DNA of 36,843 bases from Candidatus Nanopelagicales bacterium. GTDB lineage: Bacteria > Actinomycetota > Actinomycetes > S36-B12 > UBA5976. Made by a program: the position numbers and the translations under genes. Position 1 is the stretch's first letter; every line of letters begins with the position of its first letter. Shown here piece by piece: positions 1-11,366 of the stretch. The notes beneath the pieces were generated by a model. That model was not told the origin of the DNA, did not search any database, and saw nothing but the letters and a program-made list of their open reading frames with translations. The stretch spans positions 1 through 36,843 of the forward strand of contig JBIIAS010000002.1 of the NCBI GenBank assembly GCA_044239795.1, given 5' to 3'.

Positions 1-10
1 TTAGCTCGTA

Positions 11-307
11 ATGGCAACAGACTACGACGCCCCGAGAAAGACGGACGAAGAGGAAAACGAGGAAAGTCTCGAAAACCTTAAAGCCCAGCATGCCTCGAAG
101 GTCAGTTCAAGTGTTGATGCCGATGAAGCTGATTTAAATGAGTCACTCGAACTTCCAGGTGCAGACCTATCCGACGAATCAATCACAGTTATGGTCATTC
201 CAAAGCAGGCAGATGAATTTACTTGTTCACGTTGCTTCTTGGTTAACCATCGCAGCACATTGGCTAAAGAAGTAAAAGGTCAGCCAATTTGTAACGACTG
301 CGCTTAA
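11..307 (+). CDS. DUF4193 family protein
   Basis: 98-aa ORF with an acidic N-terminal half and C-terminal CSRCF...CNDCA cysteine pairs typical of actinobacterial DUF4193. It neighbours DUF3093 and dut, as in Mycobacterium. Confidence 0.8.
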   Translation: MATDYDAPRKTDEEENEESLENLKAQHASKVSSSVDADEADLNESLELPGADLSDESITVMVIPKQADEFTCSRCFLVNHRSTLAKEVKGQPICNDCA

Positions 308-343
308 GCAGTCTCCAGAAGTTGCGACTGCGCCTGAGCGGTC

Positions 344-814
344 TTAGTTTTTTGCTGCGTTTAACGCAGAAATCAATTCATCTGGGTTCCGACTAGAAAC
401 TTGCCAGTATGGATGCGGATCTTGAGCATCAGTTACTTCTACGATCACTGTGTTTTTGATTCCACCACGCAATTGGAAGTGTGCATTGGAATTAGCATCA
501 GTTGATCGTGCACGTCGCGATTGATCTTCATCCAGCTTCTGAATCTTGCCAACATATTCAAGTGGTAAACGCGCGCGACCAACTCGAAAATTTAACTCAT
601 CAATTTGAATCACAGGAGTGTTAACAACCAAACCAATAGCAACAACAAAAGTTGCAGCAACTCCAACAACTATTCCAAGGTCTGCTCCGTATGCGCGACC
701 ATAAGCAATGCCTAGTGAAGCGGTCATGATGAACGCAAAACCCCACTGACCAAGCGAAGGCCAAAGCCGCTCTTGGAATACTGGACTCTTGCCGTCGACA
801 CCTTCGGTAGTCAT
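344..814 (-). CDS. DUF3093 domain-containing membrane protein
   Basis: 156-aa ORF with two N-terminal hydrophobic helices followed by a soluble tail. It occupies the conserved position between DUF4193 and dut. Confidence 0.7.
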   Translation of the reverse strand: MTTEGVDGKSPVFQERLWPSLGQWGFAFIMTASLGIAYGRAYGADLGIVVGVAATFVVAIGLVVNTPVIQIDELNFRVGRARLPLEYVGKIQKLDEDQSRRARSTDANSNAHFQLRGGIKNTVIVEVTDAQDPHPYWQVSSRNPDELISALNAAKN

Positions 815-886
815 TCAACAACTCACTTTGCGCGTTACAGGTCACTGCATTAAGAGCAACTTATTTGAAACGATACTCTAAAGAAC

Positions 887-1480
887 ATGGAACGAATTGG
901 TCGAGAGATTCACCCGCTGAGCATTCCAAGCGACGCCGTGACTCCAGAGCGTCACCCAGATGCACCAAAACCAGGTGAATCTATCGCTAGCCATTACCGT
1001 AATTGCTTCGGTTGTGGCATTGACCATCCAACCGGTTTACACATGAAAATTGAAGCGGGCGAAGGAATGTCCACTCGCGCAGTTTTCGAAGTGACCCAAC
1101 ATCATCAAGGTGCGCCGGGCATTGCACACGGTGGGATTTTGTCTTTGGCCTTCGACGAGTCACTTGGTGCAACTAACTGGTTGGTTAGAGCGCCAGCAGT
1201 AACCGCACACCTAGAAGTTTCTTATCGATTGCCAGTACCGGTAGGCACATTGGTTTACATCGAGGCAACCATGCAGGCAATTAGCGGACGCAAGATTTGG
1301 TCAACCGCTGAAGGCAGACTGAACTCTCCAGATGGCCCACTTGCCGTTGAAGCCGGGTCGCTCTACATGCAAGTGCCTGTTGAGCATTTCCTAAAGCATG
1401 GCCGCGCAGAAGATATTGCCAAAGCTACAAGTGATGAGAATGCGCTGAGCTATGTGAAGAAGTTAGACATAGCGCCATGA
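887..1480 (+). CDS. PaaI/hotdog-fold acyl-CoA thioesterase
   Basis: 197-aa ORF with the hotdog thioesterase signature [23 protein letters not shown] and an N-terminal CFGCG motif. Its stop overlaps the dut start (ATGA). Confidence 0.75.
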   Translation: MERIGREIHPLSIPSDAVTPERHPDAPKPGESIASHYRNCFGCGIDHPTGLHMKIEAGEGMSTRAVFEVTQHHQGAPGIAHGGILSLAFDESLGATNWLVRAPAVTAHLEVSYRLPVPVGTLVYIEATMQAISGRKIWSTAEGRLNSPDGPLAVEAGSLYMQVPVEHFLKHGRAEDIAKATSDENALSYVKKLDIAP

Positions 1481-1923
1481 GCCAAGTCAAGATTGAATTT
1501 AAGTTGCTCCACGAATTAGCACAAGCGCCTAAGTATGCACATGACGGAGATGCTGGCGCTGATTTAGTTTGTGTCGAAGATGTCACACTCAAGCCTGGGG
1601 AGCGTCAGTTAGTTCCAACTGGAGTAGCGATAGCCCTGCCAAAGGGTTACGTAGGGCTAGTGCACCCGCGTTCAGGGTTAGCTAACAAGCATGGGATTGG
1701 CATCGTCAATACACCAGGCACCATTGATTCAGGGTATCGCGGAGAGCTCAAAATTTGTTTGATCAATCTAGACCCAAGTGATTCGGTTTCATTGCCAGCT
1801 GGAAGCCGCATTGCACAATTAGTCATACAAGAAGTGACAACCGCAAAGTTTGTAGAAGTTCAGAACCTTGATGACACGGAACGTAGCGATCAAGGCTTTG
1901 GATCGACAGGCATCTCATCATGA
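1477..1923 (+). CDS. dut: dUTP diphosphatase
   Basis: 148-aa ORF with dUTPase motifs [14 protein letters not shown] and [10 protein letters not shown] plus a C-terminal [10 protein letters not shown] arm. Confidence 0.95.
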   Translation: MSQVKIEFKLLHELAQAPKYAHDGDAGADLVCVEDVTLKPGERQLVPTGVAIALPKGYVGLVHPRSGLANKHGIGIVNTPGTIDSGYRGELKICLINLDPSDSVSLPAGSRIAQLVIQEVTTAKFVEVQNLDDTERSDQGFGSTGISS

Positions 1924-2540
1924 CGCAAGGGCCGATTGAGTTTAGTCCTGAAGTGGACACCAGTTCGATGCTCAACCTTGGAGCGGTATTTTTGCCTAAT
2001 ATCCCAGGACTTGAAGTGCATTTAGATTTAGACCCACGTTCTGGAGTTGGTAAATCGATTTCTTTGCACTTGAACATGACTATTGCTGAAGTGCAGATTT
2101 TTGCAGCTGCAACAAACGAAGATCTTTGGTCAAGTATGCGCGATGCAATCACATCGGGATTGCGGGAGCAAAAGGTTGATTGCACTGTCGTGATGGGACG
2201 TTTCGGAACTGAAATACATGCTGTAATGCCAACTGTCGATCTTGATGGGAATGTTCACGTCCAGCCTGTTCGGTTTGTCGGCGTACGCGGCTCTCGATGG
2301 TTGGTGCGCGCAGTCATCAGTGGAGATGGTGCACTACTTGGTGCGAACCATAACGATGTTGCCATCCCAGAAATAGATGATGTCATCTCAAAGTTGATAA
2401 TCAATCGAGGTGAAGAGCCGTTGCCTCCTGGTGAAAGGCTTGCACTTCTTAGCCCAAGTGAACCGAGTGAGGAATCTGTAAAGCCCAATAACCCTGATTC
2501 CAGCAACATGAAGTTTGGGAATTTTCACATCCAGCTCTAA
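1920..2540 (+). CDS. DUF3710 domain-containing protein
   Basis: 206-aa ORF with the family-typical FAA...LW...R and [19 protein letters not shown] segments. ATGA overlap with dut, in the conserved position downstream of dut. Confidence 0.8.
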   Translation: MTQGPIEFSPEVDTSSMLNLGAVFLPNIPGLEVHLDLDPRSGVGKSISLHLNMTIAEVQIFAAATNEDLWSSMRDAITSGLREQKVDCTVVMGRFGTEIHAVMPTVDLDGNVHVQPVRFVGVRGSRWLVRAVISGDGALLGANHNDVAIPEIDDVISKLIINRGEEPLPPGERLALLSPSEPSEESVKPNNPDSSNMKFGNFHIQL

Positions 2541-2581
2541 GTGCGGATGAGTAGTTTCTGAAGTTAACTGGCTACAGTTAT

Positions 2582-3262
2582 ATGGTGAGCAACGCCAATC
2601 CAGATCCAAGCAAGGACTCAGATCCAGCTAATGAAGACGTAATCTCTGAAATCAAAGATGATTCAGCCCTACTAGCTTCAGCTTTAGGTGGCTGGGCAGG
2701 CGTAATTGATTCTGGCCTACCGTTCGTAGTCTTCACAATTGCCTACTTGGTTACTGATCGGGATCTAGAATCCACCCTTTATGCCGCTCTTGGAACCGCA
2801 GCCGTGCTTGCGCTGTTGCGGTTAGTGCGTCGCCAGTCACTGCAGCAGGTTTTCTCCGGATTAATTGGCATAGGTATCGCGGCATTCTTGGCCCAGCGAA
2901 CTGGCAACGCAGATAACTTCTTTTTACCTGGAATCATCACCAATGCGGCGTATGCCAGCGTTTGCTTACTAAGTATTGCGGTCCACAAACCATTACTTGG
3001 TTATGTGATCGAAGCCATGCGCGGCCGAGATATGTCATGGATTAAAGACCCAGAAGCTCATCGGTTGTTCAGCACTATTACTTGGTTGTGGGCCTTAATC
3101 TTTGGAGTTCGGGTAGCAATTATGTTCCCGTTGTATCTATTAGGTCAGACTGCGGCACTTGGCACACTCAAAGTCCTGCTGGGCTATCCATTATTCGCGC
3201 TAGGAATTTTCGTAACCTTCAAATTGCTTGCTAAATCTAAGAAGGAAGCCAGCAATGGCTGA
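2582..3262 (+). CDS. DUF3159 domain-containing membrane protein
   Basis: 226-aa polytopic membrane ORF whose N-terminal GGWAGVIDSGLPFVVF segment is typical of DUF3159. Synteny with the dut neighbourhood supports the call. Confidence 0.7.
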   Translation: MVSNANPDPSKDSDPANEDVISEIKDDSALLASALGGWAGVIDSGLPFVVFTIAYLVTDRDLESTLYAALGTAAVLALLRLVRRQSLQQVFSGLIGIGIAAFLAQRTGNADNFFLPGIITNAAYASVCLLSIAVHKPLLGYVIEAMRGRDMSWIKDPEAHRLFSTITWLWALIFGVRVAIMFPLYLLGQTAALGTLKVLLGYPLFALGIFVTFKLLAKSKKEASNG

Positions 3263-4445
3263 AGACGATGTTGTGAAAATTGGCGACATAGTTGACTTGC
3301 AGATCGACAAAGTGGCAAACGGTGGATTTTGTATTGCTCGATACAACGGTCAAGTCGTGTTTGTTCGTCACGGCATTCCTGGCGAGATCGTAAAAGCAGA
3401 GATAACGGACATCAGCAAGAAGTTTTTACGGGCCGATGTAGTCGAAGTACTAAGTGGTAGCGAACATCGAGTCAGTGCGCCGTGTACGTATGCAGGAGCA
3501 TGCGGTGGATGCGATTGGCAACACGTAAGCCTTGCGCATCAACGCAGTTTGAAAAGCGAAGTTGTTCGTGAGCAATTAGCGCACTTGGGTGGAATTACCC
3601 ACGTGAACGGAAAACCACTATCTGAGTTTGAAGTTATTGCACTAAGTCCAAATGAAACTGGATTGCGCTGGCGCACTCGAAATCGTTATGCCCGAATTGG
3701 TGATGTTTCTGTGGGCATGAAGATGCCACGTTCGCACACCGTGATTGAAATCGATGATTGCTTAATTGCTGTTGAAGGGTCTGTGCAACTTGCGCAAGAG
3801 AAAGTCCACATTGGTCGTGGAGACATCAGCACAGCACTGAGTTCAACCGGTCAGCATGTAGTTGTTGATCAACGTGGTGGACCCTGGCTTGATGAGACTG
3901 TCGGTGATCGCAGCTGGCGAATTCATGCAGGTTCGTTTTGGCAAGTGCACAAAGAAGCACCAAAAGTTTTCGTTGACACAGTTCGCCGACTTGCAAATCT
4001 CAAGCCAGGGGATAAAGCGCTTGATCTTTATGCAGGCGCCGGATTATTCGCTGCCAGCATCGCTGCGGATGTAACAGAAAAGGGCGAAGTGGTCGCTGTT
4101 GAATCTGTAATTGATTCAATGCGAGATGCGCGTCGTTCTTGCAGTGATCTGCCACAGATGGATTTGATTACTGCAGATGTTTCTAAGTGGATTACTCAGA
4201 TCGATGAGGACTTCGAAGTGGTGATCCTTGATCCACCTCGCGCAGGTGCCGGCCTAGAAGTCGTAACTGAACTTGATCGCATCACAAAGCGCGCAATTGT
4301 TTACGTGGCATGCGAACCAAGTGCCCTCGGCCGAGATGCAAAGTATTTAGCCGATGCTGGCTGGTCTATGACTCAATTGGTCGGGCTAGATGCCTTCCCA
4401 ATGACTGGCCACGTTGAATGCATCGCGCTTTTTGAACGGTTTTAA
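3255..4445 (+). CDS. TRAM-domain class I SAM-dependent RNA (uracil-5-) methyltransferase (RlmD/TrmA family)
   Basis: Has an N-terminal TRAM-like OB segment, a Cys cluster CTYAGACGGCDWQH, a SAM-binding DLYAGAGLF motif, DPPRAG and a catalytic-Cys region YVACEP. The ORF track starts at 3228, but the ATG at 3255 follows GAAGGAAG and overlaps the upstream stop (ATGGCTGA), so I prefer 3255. Confidence 0.85.
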   Translation: MAEDDVVKIGDIVDLQIDKVANGGFCIARYNGQVVFVRHGIPGEIVKAEITDISKKFLRADVVEVLSGSEHRVSAPCTYAGACGGCDWQHVSLAHQRSLKSEVVREQLAHLGGITHVNGKPLSEFEVIALSPNETGLRWRTRNRYARIGDVSVGMKMPRSHTVIEIDDCLIAVEGSVQLAQEKVHIGRGDISTALSSTGQHVVVDQRGGPWLDETVGDRSWRIHAGSFWQVHKEAPKVFVDTVRRLANLKPGDKALDLYAGAGLFAASIAADVTEKGEVVAVESVIDSMRDARRSCSDLPQMDLITADVSKWITQIDEDFEVVILDPPRAGAGLEVVTELDRITKRAIVYVACEPSALGRDAKYLADAGWSMTQLVGLDAFPMTGHVECIALFERF

Positions 4446-4478
4446 CTACCAGCTGCCGAATTCATAAGTAAATAGGCG

Positions 4479-4484
4479 TACAAT
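4479..4484 (+). promoter_or_regulatory. candidate -10 hexamer TACAAT for acnA
   Basis: TACAAT lies 34 nt upstream of the acnA GTG and fits the actinobacterial TAnnnT consensus. No good -35 hexamer was seen. Confidence 0.4.
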
Positions 4485-4485
4485 C

Positions 4486-4503
4486 TATCTTGACGTCAAG
4501 ATA
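4486..4503. promoter_or_regulatory. 18-bp perfect palindrome TATCTTGACGTCAAGATA (putative operator at the acnA promoter/TSS)
   Basis: Read directly from the sequence: TATCTTGAC is the exact reverse complement of GTCAAGATA. It starts 2 nt after the TACAAT hexamer and ends 5 nt before the AGGAG Shine-Dalgarno of acnA. Confidence 0.5.
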
Positions 4504-4517
4504 CTTTTAGGAGCTCC

Positions 4518-7181
4518 GTGAGTAGCCTCAATTCATTCCAGGCCCAATCTGAACTAGTTGTGGGCGGAGAAACCTTCACAATTTATCGTCTTGATGCTTT
4601 ACCAGGCAGCGAGCGCCTGCCATTTACTCACAAAGTACTGCTTGAGAACTTATTACGCACTGAAGATGGCGCAAACGTAACCGCAGCGCAGATTCAAACA
4701 CTGGCTAACTGGGATGCCCAAGCCGAACCAACTGATGAAATTCAGTTCACACCTGCTCGGGTAATCATGCAGGACTTCACTGGCGTTCCATGTGTAGTCG
4801 ATTTAGCAACTATGCGCGAAGCATTTACCGAACTAGGCGGCGATCCAAATCGCATCAACCCGCTGGCTCCTGCCGAACTAGTAATCGATCACTCGGTGAT
4901 TGCAGATTTCTTTGGTAACAACGAGGCTGAAGCAAAGAACGTTGATCTTGAATACGAACGCAATGGCGAGCGCTACAAGTTCTTGCGTTGGGGCCAAGAT
5001 GCATTTGATGATTTCAAAGTAGTGCCACCAGGCACTGGAATTGTTCACCAAGTAAATATCGAAGCGCTTGCTCGCGTTGTAATGGTTCGTAACGGCATGG
5101 CTTACCCAGATAGCTGTGTTGGAACTGACTCACACACAACCATGGTTAATGGTCTTGGCGTTTTGGGTTGGGGAGTAGGTGGCATCGAAGCTGAAGCCGC
5201 AATGCTGGGTCAACCAGTTTCGATGTTGATTCCACGTGTTGTCGGTTTCAAGTTGTTTGGACAAATGCAACCAGGCACAACAGCAACTGATTTAGTTCTG
5301 ACAATTACTGAAATGCTTCGTAAGCACGGTGTTGTTGGCAAGTTTGTTGAGTTCTACGGCGAAGGCGTTACTGCAGTCTCACTTGCAAATCGCGCAACCA
5401 TCGGAAACATGAGTCCGGAATACGGATCAACTGCAGCGATCTTCCCAATTGATGAAGAAACATTGAACTACATGCGACTAACTGGTCGACCAGAATCGCA
5501 ACTTGCACTTGTTAAGGCGTACGCCCAAGAGCAAGGACTATGGCACAACCCAGCAATCGAACCGGTGTATTCCGAGTACATCGAACTTGATTTAGGTTCC
5601 GTCACTCCATCAATTGCCGGTCCAAAGCGACCACAAGATCGCGTTGAACTTTCCAATGCTGAAACAGCATTTGAAACTGCTGTTCAGACTTACACCCAAG
5701 ATCGGAATAAGACAGGAAAAGTTTCACTTAACGGCGAAAACTTTGATGTCGCACACGGTTCAGTTGTGATTGCGGCGATTACTTCTTGCACCAATACTTC
5801 CAATCCATCAGTCATGATGGCTGCTGGTTTATTGGCTAAAAAGGCAGTTGAGAAAGGTCTGACTCGTAAACCTTGGGTCAAGACCACATTGGCACCTGGC
5901 TCCCAAGTAGTTACTGACTACTACAACAAGTCAGGTCTAACTAAGTACTTAGATGCCCTTGGCTTCAACCTGGTTGGCTATGGCTGCACCACATGTATTG
6001 GTAACTCAGGACCAGTTGCACCAGAGATTAGCTCAGCAATTCAAGAAAATGACTTAGCGGCAGTTGCCGTGCTTTCGGGTAATCGTAACTTCGAGGGTCG
6101 CATTAACCCTGATGTAAAGATGAATTACTTGGCATCGCCACCGCTAGTTGTTGCGTATGCAATTGCAGGAACTATGGCAATTGATCTTCAGAACGATTCA
6201 TTAGGCAACGATAAAGATGGCAATCCGGTTTACCTGAAGGACATCTGGCCAAGTGCGCAAGAAGTTGCTGCAGTAATCGATTCATCAATCGATGCTGACA
6301 TGTTTACTTCTCGCTACAAGGATGTATTTGCTGGCGATGCTCGTTGGCAGAATCTAGACACACCAACTGGCGCAACTTTTGATTGGGACGAGAAGAGCAC
6401 TTACGTTCGTCGTCCACCTTATTTCGAGAATATGCCAGTTGAACCAGTTCCGGTTACTGATGTAACCGGCGCTCGAGTGCTTGCCAAGCTCGGAGACTCA
6501 GTAACTACTGACCACATATCGCCAGCAGGTTCGATTAGAGAAGACAGTCCAGCTGGAAAGTACTTGAAAGAAAATGGTGTCGCAAAGGCAGACTTCAATT
6601 CCTATGGATCTCGACGCGGTAACCACGAAGTAATGATCCGTGGCACATTTGCAAACATTCGTTTGCGTAATCAACTGCTTGAAGATGTTGAAGGCGGATT
6701 CACCAGAGACTTCACTGCTGAAGGTGCGCCTCAAACTTCAATCTACGAAGCATCAGTTAATGCAGCTAGCAAAAACATTCCAATGATCATCTTGGCTGGC
6801 AAAGAATATGGTTCAGGATCTTCCCGAGATTGGGCAGCCAAGGGAACTGCATTACTTGGTGTGCGAGTTGTAATCGCTGAGTCTTACGAAAGAATTCACC
6901 GTTCAAACTTGATCGGTATGGGGGTGCTGCCGTTGCAGTACCCAGCAGGTCAAACTGCAGATTCTCTGGGACTAACTGGAACTGAAACTTTTGATGTGAC
7001 TGGAATTGTTGAGTTAAATGCTGGCAAGACTCCAAGCACAGTTTTAGTGACAGCAACTTCTGCGGATGGAACAGTTAAATCTTTCCAAGCTGTAGTGCGT
7101 ATCGATACTCCAGGCGAAGCTGATTACTTCCGTCACGGTGGCATCTTGCAGTACGTTCTTCGCTCACTTGCTAAAGCATGA
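4518..7181 (+). CDS. acnA: aconitate hydratase A
   Basis: 887-aa ORF with a GTG start 4 nt after AGGAG. Fe-S ligand motifs [10 protein letters not shown] and [11 protein letters not shown] are present, and the protein shows AcnA/IRP-type architecture over its full length. Confidence 0.97.
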   Translation: MSSLNSFQAQSELVVGGETFTIYRLDALPGSERLPFTHKVLLENLLRTEDGANVTAAQIQTLANWDAQAEPTDEIQFTPARVIMQDFTGVPCVVDLATMREAFTELGGDPNRINPLAPAELVIDHSVIADFFGNNEAEAKNVDLEYERNGERYKFLRWGQDAFDDFKVVPPGTGIVHQVNIEALARVVMVRNGMAYPDSCVGTDSHTTMVNGLGVLGWGVGGIEAEAAMLGQPVSMLIPRVVGFKLFGQMQPGTTATDLVLTITEMLRKHGVVGKFVEFYGEGVTAVSLANRATIGNMSPEYGSTAAIFPIDEETLNYMRLTGRPESQLALVKAYAQEQGLWHNPAIEPVYSEYIELDLGSVTPSIAGPKRPQDRVELSNAETAFETAVQTYTQDRNKTGKVSLNGENFDVAHGSVVIAAITSCTNTSNPSVMMAAGLLAKKAVEKGLTRKPWVKTTLAPGSQVVTDYYNKSGLTKYLDALGFNLVGYGCTTCIGNSGPVAPEISSAIQENDLAAVAVLSGNRNFEGRINPDVKMNYLASPPLVVAYAIAGTMAIDLQNDSLGNDKDGNPVYLKDIWPSAQEVAAVIDSSIDADMFTSRYKDVFAGDARWQNLDTPTGATFDWDEKSTYVRRPPYFENMPVEPVPVTDVTGARVLAKLGDSVTTDHISPAGSIREDSPAGKYLKENGVAKADFNSYGSRRGNHEVMIRGTFANIRLRNQLLEDVEGGFTRDFTAEGAPQTSIYEASVNAASKNIPMIILAGKEYGSGSSRDWAAKGTALLGVRVVIAESYERIHRSNLIGMGVLPLQYPAGQTADSLGLTGTETFDVTGIVELNAGKTPSTVLVTATSADGTVKSFQAVVRIDTPGEADYFRHGGILQYVLRSLAKA

Positions 7182-7513
7182 GCAGTTGGCCTGTTGATCT
7201 GATTCCAGCCGGAGCTCCTGGCTGGGAACAAAAGGCGAGTGCTTGGTTATTCGATCGTTGTCCATCAGAGTTTCGAACTTATGAAATCTTTCGCACGCAC
7301 CCGACTGCACTTGGCTATGTTGCAACCTTTCAACTAGAGCATCAAGTTGAAGCGATTAGGGATGCTTATCGCAGCGCCCGAACCACATCGCAATTAGCGC
7401 CCGAGGCATTGAGTGAATTGCTAACAACCTTGGAGCACGAAGGTGCGCGACTAGCTCTGGAACTAAGCTCAGCAAATGCCGTTATCGAGGCCTTGAACGC
7501 GTCCAAATCCTAG
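7178..7513 (+). CDS. hypothetical protein (translationally coupled to acnA)
   Basis: 111-aa ORF whose ATG overlaps the acnA stop (ATGA). I recognise no family motif. Coding status is inferred from the overlap and the absence of competing ORFs. Confidence 0.5.
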   Translation: MSSWPVDLIPAGAPGWEQKASAWLFDRCPSEFRTYEIFRTHPTALGYVATFQLEHQVEAIRDAYRSARTTSQLAPEALSELLTTLEHEGARLALELSSANAVIEALNASKS

Positions 7514-7604
7514 AATCTAGCGGTTTTGTAGCCTCCGGCATCGGGCGTAAATAGCGATACTTCATTAGACTTATGGGACTTACTAGTTGGTTAGGGGAAA
7601 CACT

Positions 7605-9482
7605 ATGGCATTTTTGCCTAGAATAAATTCCCCTAGTGACTTGCGTGCGTTATCTGCCGAAAACTTAGACGCTTTAGCAGCCGAAATCCGTACCGCACTC
7701 GTTGATTATGTAACCAAAACCGGTGGACATCTTGGCCCCAATCTTGGGGTAGTTGAACTAACTTTGGCGCTGCATCGAGTTTTTGATTCGCCAAAGGACC
7801 CAATACTTTGGGATACCGGCCACCAGTCATACGTGCACAAAATGGTTACTGGTCGAGCAAATGATTTCGACACTTTGCGACAAGAAGGTGGACTATCGGG
7901 CTACCCAAGTCGAGCTGAAAGCATTCACGACGTAATTGAGAACAGTCACGCCTCGACTGCACTTTCATATGCAGATGGAATTGCCAAGGCTTTTGAAATT
8001 CATGGTGAATCTGATCGCCATGTCGTTGCAGTTGTCGGTGACGGCGCACTTACAGGTGGCATGACCTGGGAAGCCTTAAACAACATCGCAGATGGATCTG
8101 ATCGATCCATAATCATTGTTGTTAACGACAATGAGCGATCATATTCACCAACTATCGGTGGCATGGCTCGACACTTAGCTACTTTGCGCACAACAAAGGG
8201 CTACGAAGGATTTTTGGACTGGGGTAAGTCTGTATTACAGCGCACTCCTGTGGTTGGTCCTCCTGTGTACAGCGCATTACATGGAATGAAAAAGGGCATC
8301 AAAGACTTCGTGGCGCCACAGGGTTTGTTCGAAGATCTTGGACTGAAGTACATCGGACCAATTGATGGCCACAAGATCGCAGACATGGAGTTTGCTTTCC
8401 AGCGAGCTCGTGATTTTGGTGGCCCAGTCATTGTGCACGTAATTACGGAAAAGGGTCGCGGTTATCAGCCAGCGGAAACTGATGAAGCTGATCGCTTCCA
8501 TGCGGTAGGTGTAGTTGATCCTGATACTGGCAAGCCGTTAACGCAGGCCGCAAAGTCTTGGACTTCCGTTTTCTCGCAAGAACTCGTGGCAATTGGTGGC
8601 GAACGACAAGATGTAGTTGCAATTACGGCAGCCATGCTTGGGCCAACTGGACTAGATGCATTTGCCGATAAGTTCCCAGATCGCACTTTTGACGTTGGAA
8701 TTGCCGAGCAGCATGCAGTTACCAGCGCAGTTGGCATGGCTCACGCAGGTTTGCACCCAGTAGTTGCGGTCTATGCGACTTTCTTAAATCGCGCCATTGA
8801 TCAAGTGATTATGGACGCCGCACTTCATGGTGCCGGCGTAACATTTGCGCTCGATCGTTCCGGTATTACTGGTGATGATGGGGCAAGTCACAATGGCATG
8901 TGGGACATGGCATTGCTGCGAGTTGTTCCCGGCTTAGATCTCTACGCTCCACGTGATGGCGCACGATTGATCTCAGCACTACGTACCAGTGTCGACAAGT
9001 CTGATCATCCAACCGTGATTCGCTTTTCCAAGGGGGCAATCCCAGCCGACATCCCAGCTGAGCAAGCACTTGGTTTCGCTGATGTATTGAAGCAAGCATC
9101 AAATCCTGATGTAACTATCGTTTCGGTTGGCGGAATGGCAACTCAAGCACTTGAAGCTGCCAAGACGCTTCAGGACCATGGCTACTCCGTAGAAGTAATA
9201 GATCCAATTCAGGTGCTGCCGGTAGCAAGTGGACTTGTTGACTACCTTTCAAATCGTGAATTAGTCGTAACGATTGAAGATGGTTTAGTTGATGGCGGTA
9301 TCGGTGAAGCAATTGGAAGCGCACTTCGTGCGGCAAAGGCCGATACCCGAGTGACTTCTCTTGGCATTCCAAAGAAGTTTTTGGATCATGCAACGCGAAA
9401 ATCAATTTTGAATAAGTTGCAACTTGATGCGCAAGGCATTGCCGAAACGATTGAACAGGGTTTAAAAACTACGGTTCGTTAG
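7605..9482 (+). CDS. dxs: 1-deoxy-D-xylulose-5-phosphate synthase
   Basis: Contains the ThDP motif [27 protein letters not shown] and IAEQHAVT. The ORF track starts at 7587 (TTG). The ATG at 7605 is preceded by GGGGAA and gives the usual N-terminus just before the PSDLRAL segment. Confidence 0.95.
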   Translation: MAFLPRINSPSDLRALSAENLDALAAEIRTALVDYVTKTGGHLGPNLGVVELTLALHRVFDSPKDPILWDTGHQSYVHKMVTGRANDFDTLRQEGGLSGYPSRAESIHDVIENSHASTALSYADGIAKAFEIHGESDRHVVAVVGDGALTGGMTWEALNNIADGSDRSIIIVVNDNERSYSPTIGGMARHLATLRTTKGYEGFLDWGKSVLQRTPVVGPPVYSALHGMKKGIKDFVAPQGLFEDLGLKYIGPIDGHKIADMEFAFQRARDFGGPVIVHVITEKGRGYQPAETDEADRFHAVGVVDPDTGKPLTQAAKSWTSVFSQELVAIGGERQDVVAITAAMLGPTGLDAFADKFPDRTFDVGIAEQHAVTSAVGMAHAGLHPVVAVYATFLNRAIDQVIMDAALHGAGVTFALDRSGITGDDGASHNGMWDMALLRVVPGLDLYAPRDGARLISALRTSVDKSDHPTVIRFSKGAIPADIPAEQALGFADVLKQASNPDVTIVSVGGMATQALEAAKTLQDHGYSVEVIDPIQVLPVASGLVDYLSNRELVVTIEDGLVDGGIGEAIGSALRAAKADTRVTSLGIPKKFLDHATRKSILNKLQLDAQGIAETIEQGLKTTVR

Positions 9483-10749
9483 ATTTGTTCGGTTCAAGAC
9501 CCCAAATTGCAGTTTCCAAAACTGGACCAACAATATCAATTTGCCATGGGCGTGCGTTGTGATCGGCAAGCACTTGATGCAGACCAGAAACATCTTCGGG
9601 CGGGGTCCAAAGAACTCGTCTGATCACATCAGGTGTCATCAAATTCTCAACCGGAAGTCCTAACTTTTCGGCCAGTTGTGAAAGTTGAGCTCGAGCGAAT
9701 TCAAGTCTTCGCCAAGCTTGTGGGTTTCTTGCTTCCCAATTTCTCGGTGCTGGTGGTCCAGTCACTGGCAATTTCAGTGGAGGCAGTTCGCTATCCGGCA
9801 ACCCATGAGCTCGTAGCGCGGCAGCAATCCAGGTGCTGGCATGACGCTTAACGTTTCGCAAATGCATAAATGAAAGCGTCTTTAGTTCGGATTCTTTTGA
9901 AAGGCCTGAACTGGCCAAGGTAACAATGTGTGAATCCGACAGAATGCGACCAGCAGCGATGTCTTGATCGCGGGCAATCTCATCTCGGGCATGCCACACT
10001 TCACGAATCACAGCTAGTTCACGGGCGTTACGGATGACATGCATTCCAGAAGTGCGTCGCCATGGATCTAAACGCTCAATTGGAGCTGTAGTGCGCTTAA
10101 CATGATCAAACTCTTGCAGTGCCCATTCGTGCTTATCTGCCTCACGAAGCTGTGTCTCCAGCAACTCCCACAACTCAATCAAAAATTCAACATCAAGCGC
10201 TGCATAGTTAAGCCAGGATTCTGGCAATGGGCGAGTAGACCAGTCAGCAGCACTGTGTTCTTTAGCTAGTGAATATCCAAGTTGAGTTTCTATCAATGGA
10301 CCAAGACCTACGCGTGGTAAGCCCAGCAAGCGTCCAGCAAGTTCAGTATCAAACACATTTGCAGTCGGAATAAGTCCCACTTCGGCCAAACAAACCAAAT
10401 CTTGTGAAGCGGCATGCAATATCCAGTCCACACCAGTTAGTGCTTCTTGCAATGGATTTAAATTAGGAAACAAAATCGGATCAATTAAGTGCGAGCCAGA
10501 ACCCTGTCTGCGAATTTGTATCAAGTAGGCACGTTGACTGTATTTGAAACCTGATGCGCGCTCGGCATCCAGCGCTACCGGCCCGGTGCCACTTGCGATA
10601 GCCGTAGCAAGCCTTGCAAGCTGTTCTGGAGTAGAAACAATCTCTGGCAGACCTTCACGAGGTTCGGTAACTCGTACGCCCTCAACTTCTGGGAGTTCAG
10701 CACTCTGGGAGTCCGTCACCTCTGATGGTGACTCAATCTGTTCTGACAT
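9469..10749 (-). CDS. rnd: ribonuclease D (DEDD 3'-5' exonuclease + HRDC domain)
   Basis: 426-aa ORF with exonuclease motifs [17 protein letters not shown] and YAALDVEFL followed by an HRDC-like segment. It holds the conserved position beside dxs and DUF3000. Confidence 0.85.
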   Translation of the reverse strand: MSEQIESPSEVTDSQSAELPEVEGVRVTEPREGLPEIVSTPEQLARLATAIASGTGPVALDAERASGFKYSQRAYLIQIRRQGSGSHLIDPILFPNLNPLQEALTGVDWILHAASQDLVCLAEVGLIPTANVFDTELAGRLLGLPRVGLGPLIETQLGYSLAKEHSAADWSTRPLPESWLNYAALDVEFLIELWELLETQLREADKHEWALQEFDHVKRTTAPIERLDPWRRTSGMHVIRNARELAVIREVWHARDEIARDQDIAAGRILSDSHIVTLASSGLSKESELKTLSFMHLRNVKRHASTWIAAALRAHGLPDSELPPLKLPVTGPPAPRNWEARNPQAWRRLEFARAQLSQLAEKLGLPVENLMTPDVIRRVLWTPPEDVSGLHQVLADHNARPWQIDIVGPVLETAIWGLEPNKSNEP

Positions 10750-10758
10750 AGATAACGT

Positions 10759-11334
10759 TTAGCGCTTTCGTGAAAGTGCGGTAACACCTTCCGGAAGTGG
10801 CGTAAGGCCTGAACTCTTCTCTACAAGAGCCAACCAAGCTTTCATATGCATTGAGAGATCTTCAGTGTCAGGTGACCAGGAAGCTCTAATTTCTAGGTCA
10901 GTTTCAGTTGATCGATCTTCTAGACCAGCAAAGGATCGGGAAACTGTACGAGTAACTGTTCCAGAGGCATTATGAAATTGCGCACCAGCATCGTTCAACG
11001 CATCAGTTAACCAAGACCAGGCGACTTCGTCGAAAAGATCATCGGTTACGACATCAGATTCGATTGGTGCTCGGACAAAAGAAACCACGCGGAATGTGCC
11101 ATCCCAGGTCTCTTGACCATCTGGATCGTGCAGAACAATAAATCGACCAACTGCCAATTCTTCATCGTCACCATCAACAGCTTCAACTGCTAAAGCAATA
11201 CTGTGGGGAGCAAGTCGCTGCGGGGCTGGGACTTCTTCGAGAGAGAATTCTGGACGCAATGCAGGGCTTTGCAAACTATCTAATGCAACCTGCCAAACGT
11301 CCACGCTTGAAGCACCCATCCCAGAAGAATTCAT
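10759..11334 (-). CDS. DUF3000 domain-containing protein
   Basis: 191-aa acidic ORF 9 bp downstream of rnd on the same strand. The rnd-DUF3000 pairing is conserved in Actinobacteria. Confidence 0.7.
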   Translation of the reverse strand: MNSSGMGASSVDVWQVALDSLQSPALRPEFSLEEVPAPQRLAPHSIALAVEAVDGDDEELAVGRFIVLHDPDGQETWDGTFRVVSFVRAPIESDVVTDDLFDEVAWSWLTDALNDAGAQFHNASGTVTRTVSRSFAGLEDRSTETDLEIRASWSPDTEDLSMHMKAWLALVEKSSGLTPLPEGVTALSRKR

Positions 11335-11366
11335 TACTTATAAGCATATGAACAATGTTGAAGTTG

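Noticed and set aside
355-369. Hairpin CTGCGT-TTA-ACGCAG next to a T-run near the DUF4193/DUF3093 convergent junction, considered as an intrinsic terminator
   Set aside because: The T-tract precedes the stem on the plus strand, so an A-tract follows it on the minus strand. The geometry is therefore wrong for termination in either direction. It also lies inside the DUF3093 coding sequence.
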